Of a DNA stretch of 20,000 bases, positions 12,554 to 20,000 are shown in pieces. The DNA lies in the NCBI RefSeq assembly GCF_000181795.1, contig NW_003526945.1, positions 508,459-528,458 on the forward strand, in the 5' to 3' direction. The notes beneath the pieces are model-generated. The model had not been told where the DNA came from. It saw only the letters and a list, made by a program, of their open reading frames with translations, and did not search any database. Made by a program: the position numbers and the translations under genes. The DNA comes from Trichinella spiralis. Lineage: Eukaryota. Every line of letters starts with the position of its first letter. The first letter of the stretch is position 1.

Positions 12554-15054
12554 CTACATGAACGCGCAAAGTTTGTCCAATAAGAGCGGATTGAAATCGC
12601 TGAGATGCATCAATTCCAACTGTCCCTCTTCACGCCGGGCTGCAAATAGTCGAAAACATTGTATCTATCGGTATTGGTTCTGTTCTTGTTTACCTTTTTC
12701 GTGTTGGATCCAGTTCTTAGCAATCATGTATTCGATGTAGCTTCGAGCTTCGGCTTCGGTGTACTTTTCAATGTGAATAGGAACGAACGGTTCCAACAGT
12801 TCGAAGCCCTACAAATTCCACAACGTATCCTCCAGTAAGTCTAGCACAAATAATGTTGTGCAAGAACAAAAGTTGCTCACTTCTCTGCCGAGTAAAAACA
12901 ACGGCAAATAAGATGGGCGTTCCAAGTAAAGATACTGCCGACTGTCGACAGTCACTACAACAATTCCATTATTCTGAAAAAGCACCAGAATGGAAAAAAA
13001 ACAATTGCCTCAAACGAAGAGAATCAAACATACCCAGTCGTTTTTCAGCATCTTTTTGAAAGCGTGAACCAGCGACAAGCAAGAAGCCTCAGCCTTCAAT
13101 GAATCATTTTTCCAATGTAATACATAACATTTGAAAAAAGTAATCAAATTTTACAAAAGTTTTATCAGCACGTTTCACTCGACTGAGGGTGAAGAATGAA
13201 TTCACACAATCGACAGATACGAATAATTTGCACCTGAAAATGCAAACAAACAAACAAACATACATACATACATACATGATGAATTTAGAAGAAAATGGAC
13301 AATAAATAAACTTTTCATTCGTTGCGTTCAGCTTCAATTCCTTCAGCAACACACCGACACAATCTGTAGCAAATTTCGGCCTAGCAATGCCCAATTCAAC
13401 AACAGACATCAGAGGCTCGTCGCATTTCGTCGAATCCCTAGCACCCCAAACGTAATCTTTGCTTGTTTTCATCTTCAATTAATTACTTGAGTTATTATTT
13501 TGAGAAAATTTCAAAAAAAAGAAAAAATCTTCAGAATTTTACACCGAGAGCCCTTATACGTGCTTCGTTTCGTCGCTTAAACACTTCCAACCAGGCAGCC
13601 GCATCCAATGGCATATCAATACGCCCGGATTTCCACGTCGAAATCGAAACTTCTTTAAAATTGTGAATCCATTTTCGAGCTAAAACAGTTCAAGTAAATA
13701 ACAAATAATAAATAACAATAAACATACCGAAAGGAACATGACAAACGATAAAATCATTCATATAAGCCCAATGGAGTGCCTGGCACAAGGTGGTCGTTTT
13801 TCCAGTACCAAATTTTCCAAACAGAACATATCGAACAACTGGAGCTGTCGGATTCATGCAGCTCATGCAGTTCACCAAATCTAGCAACTGTGATCGAAGT
13901 ATGAACTGACATTCTGAGAAAGTATCAACCTACAGAAAACATCCAGATAAAAAAACAAGCATACGAAGTTAGAAAATCAACATACTTGCTTCAAATAACC
14001 CAAAGGCAACGCTTTTTCCAATGCAAGTGCGTCGTAAACCGAATTATCAATACGATACCATTTTGATTGATTTTTCGCCTTAAACAAGTAAAAATTTTCA
14101 CTGTAAAATTCAACGCATTTGCAAAATAATGCAAAACAATTGACATAATGCAATTTTTAATATATTTATATTCAGTAATCATATAATTTATAAAATAAAA
14201 TACGAAGTAATGAATTAACAAACTTTTAAAGTCTACACATCAGATTTATAATTACAAGTGCAATTTGGAAAAAGTACAGTATAAAAGATCGAACTTGAAA
14301 ATCAATTGCAAAATACAAAAGAATGTTCAGATAATTTTAAAGTTCAGTTCATGAAATTTAGTTGACCCATGCAGATAAGCAGAATGAACCTGTTAAGCTA
14401 AAGTATCTGGTGCAACCAAGAAACAAAGGAAAATAAATAAATAATTTGGATGCATGAAATTCCCATATTAAGCATCCCATTAATCAACAATTCAATAAAC
14501 TAAATTTCAAAAATACAAACTCTATGAAAGACCTTGCCTTCAGGCATCTGCCTATATAAAAAACACACAAATGAATTTACTAATGCATTTATAAAGGTAG
14601 AATAGCTACACAATATATGCTACTTCGCTTTTCAACAAAATCTAGTAACACTGATAAAAATAATGAACAGCTATTCATATAATGTAAACAAAGAGTTGAA
14701 TTCAGTTTAACGTAAACAATTTTGCAAAACTAAAAGTACTATGCACTGGAAATTCACTTTTTGAGATATTATCTTCCAATACAAAATTACAATTACAAAA
14801 AACAATGTTAGATAATCATAGACGTTTTAATAATCATAGCAGAGTTTTCTTTTACAAATTCTACTGATAGTTAATTTCTCTGCCTTTCATTGTACATAAA
14901 AGGTGCTTACAAACAATGCTGATTTGGGTAAGCGATTTAATGCGTCAGTAAACAAGCAATAATGCATAAAAGTTTCTACCTGAAACACAAATTTTGGTGC
15001 TGCAAAAGAAACATTGCGCTTCGCTAAATTAGTCGCAACACAGATCAGCTTCAT
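12554..15054 (-). CDS. DAP3: Mitochondrial small-subunit ribosomal protein S29 (DAP3)
   Basis: Supported exons: 14078-13986, 13929-13728 (Walker A GKFGTGKT), 13679-13543, 13472-13312, 13233-13155, 13093-13034 (KKMLKNDW), 12973-12881, 12808-12694 (GFELLEPFVPI...NWIQHEK) and 12639-12554 (EEGQLELMHLSDFNP...CAFM*). The first exon from ATG 15054 (MKLICVATNLAKRNVSFAAPK, resembling a mitochondrial presequence) is tentative, and exons between 14079 and 14980 are unresolved. Confidence 0.9.
13243..13276. repeat. (CAAA)n(CATA)n tetranucleotide repeat in a DAP3 intron
   Basis: caaacaaacaaacaaacatacatacatacataca seen directly. Confidence 0.9.
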
Positions 15055-15710
15055 AATAATTAAACTAAAACGATTAAAAAAGTTATTTGAAGTAGGGTTG
15101 AACAGTTATTAAAATGATACAAAAGAAAATCATCAGAAAAAAAACTTCAATTTCAAAAATGATATATAAAAAATTACAAGTATTCAAATAACACAGAACA
15201 TGGCATTTCAAATGAAGAAAAAAAAGAATTCACAATGGAAAAAATATATAAATATTACGGTCAACCGCTTTATGGATTTTCAAGTAGACGGTTGTTTCAC
15301 TTTTTCTTCGTGGCAGTTATACGTTGTATGTAATGTGCGCACGAGTTACTGATGTGACAATCGATTTTAGCGTTCATAAATACTGTTTAAAAAAATATCA
15401 TTCAACAGTTGCTTTGTTCGTCAGATAAATTACGTTTTAGCTAACAGTTTTACGAGATTTATGCATAAGATGCTTTTCCGTTTGCCAGAAATTGTTCTGC
15501 TGAGTAGCTAAAGGCGATTTAAGTACAAAGGGGAAATCTAGAAATGATAAACTGTCCATATTTGCAGTTTTCAGCTAAAACTAGGAGTGACAACTACAGA
15601 ATGTCAGCATCGAAATATTTGAGTATTCTTTGAAAATCTTTCTTGTTTGCAATCAACGATTTTAATTTAATCTCTCTTATGTTTCTTTTGTTCACTTTCA
15701 CCAGTGTTAT

Positions 15711-16111
15711 TGTTTTCTTCCTATAGAACCGCCAATTGGCCACCGGCGCCGCGGACCAATCGAAGATGAAAGGATCCGAACCCGGGCGGCTTACTGGAAG
15801 CCGACGGTGATTCAGATCGGCGCCTCAGATATCGAGCGTTCCCACGTCGAGCAAGTTGCCCATTGGCAGTTCGATTGAACTACCCGCCGAGCCGCTGACC
15901 CCGGGGCTCTATATATAGAGCCATGTAGAGCGCCGCCGAAGTAGTAGTAACTGAGAGCAGTAGTAGCACCCGTCGTGCGTATCGTGGTAGCGCATCGTGG
16001 AGCACATCCCGAGAATCCAGAAGACGTCAACTGGAGAGGATTGAAGCCAGACAGAAGTTGAGGACCCGAAAAGCACCTTACGACCGAGAAGGTTACGCCC
16101 GTGTCTACACA
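15711..16111. mobile_element. Putative solo LTR (401 bp) of an LTR retrotransposon
   Basis: Sharp GC-rich island beginning TGT and ending ACA. It is flanked by an identical 5-bp GTTAT (15706-15710 and 16112-16116), contains a central TATA and CCAAT motifs, and has no credible ORF. Confidence 0.75.
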
Positions 16112-17199
16112 GTTATACAGCTCACTGTCGTTTTATCTCACCAGCGAACGGCTGGCAAAATTATACTTGATTATCATTTACTATCTGCTGTAACTGCCGA
16201 TACAGCAATTATTGATAATAAAAGTTTTAGGAATTATGAAGTTCATTTATTTCGTAAAAGTATTAAATGAATTAATTATTTATAATTATTATTTTACTAT
16301 ATATTGTTTTCCTTCCTATAGTATTTAAATATTTATTCCAAATAGTATTTATTTTATAATTTTTTGTCAATATTTGAAGAATATCTTAAAGAAATTAAAG
16401 AACATTTTTAATTCATATGCATTATTACTTGCTTGTGCTTCATGTATACTGTACATAATGATGGCAGTGCACAATACTGGGCATAACATCTGTGAATAAT
16501 GAACTCTCTCCGAAAAAGTGTTAATTACATACGTTAAACATTTTTTATCTTTTTGTTGTATCCTCACCGCTTTCTGTATGTGTATGTATACTGCCATTTC
16601 CAGAAGTAATATCTTTGTTGCCGTTTCTTTTTTAATAAGTACTGTGAAATCTCTGGTGCAGGTATTTTGCATTATTCAGTTTTCTATTACCCATCTGAAT
16701 CAAGTTATATATGTCGTCACTTATTAGTAAATGTATTTTCATAAATAATTAAAATATTCAATAATAGATTGAAATAGGTGAGTTTTTGATATATTGTTTA
16801 ATCAATCTTAGGCGTTGTCTCGTAAAGGTGCAAATTTTTATGGGAGGCCTATCTGCTTAATTGCTTTTACATAAAGTTTATTTAAAGTAATAAAGTATAG
16901 ATGCAATATTTGTAAAACAGAAATTATATACAAATTTTAATTCAATTGCAATGCGATTGCTAATGTGAATTCAGTTGCAATGGCTGTTGGCGAGCGGTTT
17001 GCGACGTGTGCACAATGTAGTTTGCTGAACGATAACGGACGAGGAATAACAATATGAGCGGCTGTTTCTCCTTATCATTGCATTATTTAAATTAATTTAG
17101 CCACACTTGAAAATGCTGAGTTGGAGATTGACATGAGCGATGAGACTGGGGTAACATGGGTAAGTATATTTCTTTCCGTTAGGTTTTTACTTTGGTTAG

Positions 17200-18017
17200 C
17201 GAAGGAGAACCCATGAAAGACGGCATAGAAGCTCCAACATTACGACGCTCTCGAAGAATCAACAAAGGTATACCGCCGAAACGACTAAGCTACAATATAC
17301 GCGCAACCAAAATATGCGAACCAACATCGTGGGAGGAAGTAATGAAACTGCCGGCTCGAGAACGGAACAAATGGATAGCAGCAGCCGAAGAGGAAATGAC
17401 ATTATTAAAGAGGAAAGGAGTATTTGAGCTTGTCGAACCACCTGACGGCTGCAATGTGATCTCATCAAAATGGATATTCAAAGCTAAGAGAGATGCAAGC
17501 GGTAAGATACACTCTTACAAAGCGCGATTGGTGGCGCGTGGGTTCTCACAACGTCTAGGAGAAGACTATGATGAAACGTTTGCGCCAGTTGTAAAACACG
17601 AGACTATCCGCACATTGCTTAGCATCGCTGCTGTAAAATCGCTGCACGTCCGACACTTTGTTAACTGTGCTTGTCTGAACGCAGAGCTTCCAGAAAAGCT
17701 GTATATGGAACAGCCACCCGGGTTTGAAGACACAAACAAGGATATGGTATGGCAGTTGAAGCGCAGCATATATGGTCTTAAGCAATCGACGAGAGCGTGG
17801 AATACGAAGACCAGAGAGATGCTACTGTCGGTTTCCGTCAAGCAAAGGCAGATTTATGCTTGTATACAAGAAAGGAGCCATCCCGTAGTATGACATACGT
17901 GTTGCTCTATGTCGATGATTTGCTAATCGCTGCAGAGAACGAAGCTGTTGACAAGCAACTGTCAACAAGCAATTGAACAAGTACATCGAAGTCAAAGACA
18001 TTAGGGAAGTTTCCTAT
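17200..18017 (+). mobile_element. Degenerate Ty1/copia pol fragment (linker plus reverse transcriptase, RVT_2), no LTRs
   Basis: Motifs LRRSRR, EPTSWEE, SSKWIFKAK, YKARLVARGFSQ, DYDETFAPVVK, YMEQPPGF and LKRSIYGLKQS. After a frameshift near 17829 it reads GFRQAKADLCLY...YVLLYVDDLLIA. A second shift near 17960 gives EVKDIREVSY, then the element is truncated. Confidence 0.95.
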
Positions 18018-19382
18018 GTGATGCTAAAAACAATGTGAATACAACAATGAGTTGCAGTTTATTTTAATAGTAAACGAATCATGTAGAATTACCATACTCC
18101 AAAGAAAAGAGTCAAACATTAGTAAAACATTAGTATTTTTTTGCAAAAATCAGCGAAAAAACTTTGTCAAAATTTAGTCTTTTTTTGATTGTTATAGTTT
18201 TATATTGATAAAAGATAGTGTTTTGAACAGTTTGACCTTAAGCTGCCCAGTAGTTGTGGAATGTATGGGCTCTAATGTTAACTAACTGCCTATTTTAATA
18301 CATAGGAATGTCGTCCATCAGTAACGATTTTTCAACAGAAGCAGAGACTGCCAGTTTCTGCACATGATACATTTTTGACATCGAATCTGTTAGATTTCTG
18401 CAAATGTATATATTTTTACGATCAATTTATTTCTACAGTCAATTATCACGTATTTTATTTTCCAATTTTCTTTAAATGAAAAAACGGCTTTATTTTGTTC
18501 CTCGTCAGACTGTCATGTATTATAATACATGTACATGATAGATCATTTGTAAAAACCATCAGCCCCTGTTAAAAAATTCAACGGCTCTGCATATTTTACA
18601 ATAAATGAAGGAGTATAATTTCTTTTTACAAGGCTATAATTATGCACTTTATTTTTCATTTCTTCTCCATAATTAAGTATCTGCTGGTGAAGGGTGATTC
18701 CACAGTCCACATTTCACAAGACAAGACGTTCTATTTTGCGGCATCCTCAACGTCAATAAATAGTACTGGAAAGGAAATGTAGTGACCGCGGCTACTATAA
18801 AATTGTATCTGCTAATCATGTTTTCCTTCTAATTGGGCTGACGCGGGAATGTGAAACTTGGCGCAAAAGCATCAGACGTTTCGTTGTAGGAACACAACCA
18901 CAAAAGGCCAAGGTCCCGAACGACTTTCAAATATACCTGGAATTCAAGCACGAACCACAAAGCAATAAATTAAATGCATATAGGAATCTGCTGGTAATTA
19001 AGAAACTGATGACAGCCGTCTTAGCTGCAACACAGCTTGCTTCAATGTTCAGAGAAATAAATAAAAGTCTCATTTAACATAAATGTAGTTATTAGAGCTG
19101 AGAGTCTTATCGTACAAGAGCACTAATAAAAGGCAAAAATGGAAGTAAAGCAGATAAAATGCGGAAAAGTAAAAAATTCTCATAATAATATGTTGAATAA
19201 TGAACGAATAAACATCTGGCAATCATTCTATCGGCTGTTGAAATGTTCTTCAATGAATTGATCGACAAAGGGTAATAAATAGTTTCAAGATTATTCCTTG
19301 TTTTCAGGTATGGTAAAACTTAATGCGAATAAAACTTTCCATGTTCGTCCCATGCTTTAACGTAGCTGTGTAATTGTCATAC

Positions 19383-19815
19383 GTTGAAGTTTCTGCATAC
19401 ATATAAATAAAATGGAATTATATTCTTTGTATTCTATGCAAGTTATTGATGAATTCTATCTTCATATATGGAAACAATATTGCACAATTATTAATTACAG
19501 ATACTATGAATTATTATCAATAGATTATTCAGTAAGATATTTGATAGAATTGCTTGTATGTAAACGTATCATTGATTGAGAAAAATAATGCAATATTAGA
19601 TGAAAAGTGTAATTCATTCTGTTTCCTTCAATTAGTTCTTATTCCTATATCGTTTGCAATGAATAAAACTGCGTAAATAAATTTTTTTAAAATTAACGAT
19701 TACTGTATTACAAAAATGAATTACAGGTATAAATGTTATTAGAATCAGAGACATTTCTTGGAGGAATAGGTTGCAGTTTCTGCATAAATATTAATAAAAT
19801 GGAATTCTATTCTTT
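19383..19815 (+). repeat. Direct repeat pair, 46 bp (19383-19428 and 19770-19815)
   Basis: gttgaagtttctgcatacatataaataaaatggaattatattcttt versus gttgcagtttctgcataaatattaataaaatggaattctattcttt, with 4 mismatches. Confidence 0.85.
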
Positions 19816-20000
19816 ATTATCAAGATTTCAGGTTTCGTTTCCTTTTCTATCGCACAGATTAAAATCGCAAATTATGTGAGGTTTTTGTCAATATCTCATC
19901 AATACGCTTTTGTACACGTCTGACCAGGTTTGTAGTGTTTATTTATTTTTCTGATCATTTAAATCATTTCGATACTAGATTTTCGACTTTCAAAAGCAGC

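Noticed and set aside
11871..13666. ORFs 11871-12302 (-), 12417-12740 (+), 12853-13059 (+) and 13463-13666 (+)
   Set aside because: They are antisense to ODR-4 or DAP3 exons.
15812..16030. 72-aa ORF inside the GC island
   Set aside because: It is expected by chance in GC-rich LTR-like DNA and shows no homology features.
17101..17893. In-frame splice fusion of the 17101-17159 exon to the copia RT (domestication)
   Set aside because: The acceptor at 17199 is out of frame with the RT, which also lacks a catalytic Asp and is frameshifted.
15711..18017. LTR plus copia RT as one full-length element
   Set aside because: The LTR has its own TSD, no PBS or gag follows it, about 1.1 kb of host-like AT-rich DNA intervenes, and there is no second LTR.
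18730..18780. RHPQ...LER resembling the integrase HPQxxGxxER motif
   Set aside because: The match is too short, is interrupted by a stop, and no other DDE motifs are seen.

Overview
AT-rich eukaryotic genomic DNA with short GT-AG introns and TTTCAG-type acceptors. The style suggests a nematode, possibly clade I (Trichinella-like), but the organism is inferred. Splicing by hand gives five genes: the 5' part of a two-pore (TWK/K2P) potassium channel (-), a complete 11-exon divergent Arp3 (-), GOLPH3 (+), ODR-4 (+) and DAP3/MRPS29 (-, 5' exons uncertain). The right quarter is accessory: a 401-bp solo-LTR candidate with a 5-bp target-site duplication, a dead Ty1/copia RT fragment, possible exons of an unknown + strand gene and a short duplicated segment. 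No clearly novel multi-gene system is evident. The best lead is the Arp3, which has changes in its nucleotide-binding loop and C-terminal tail.
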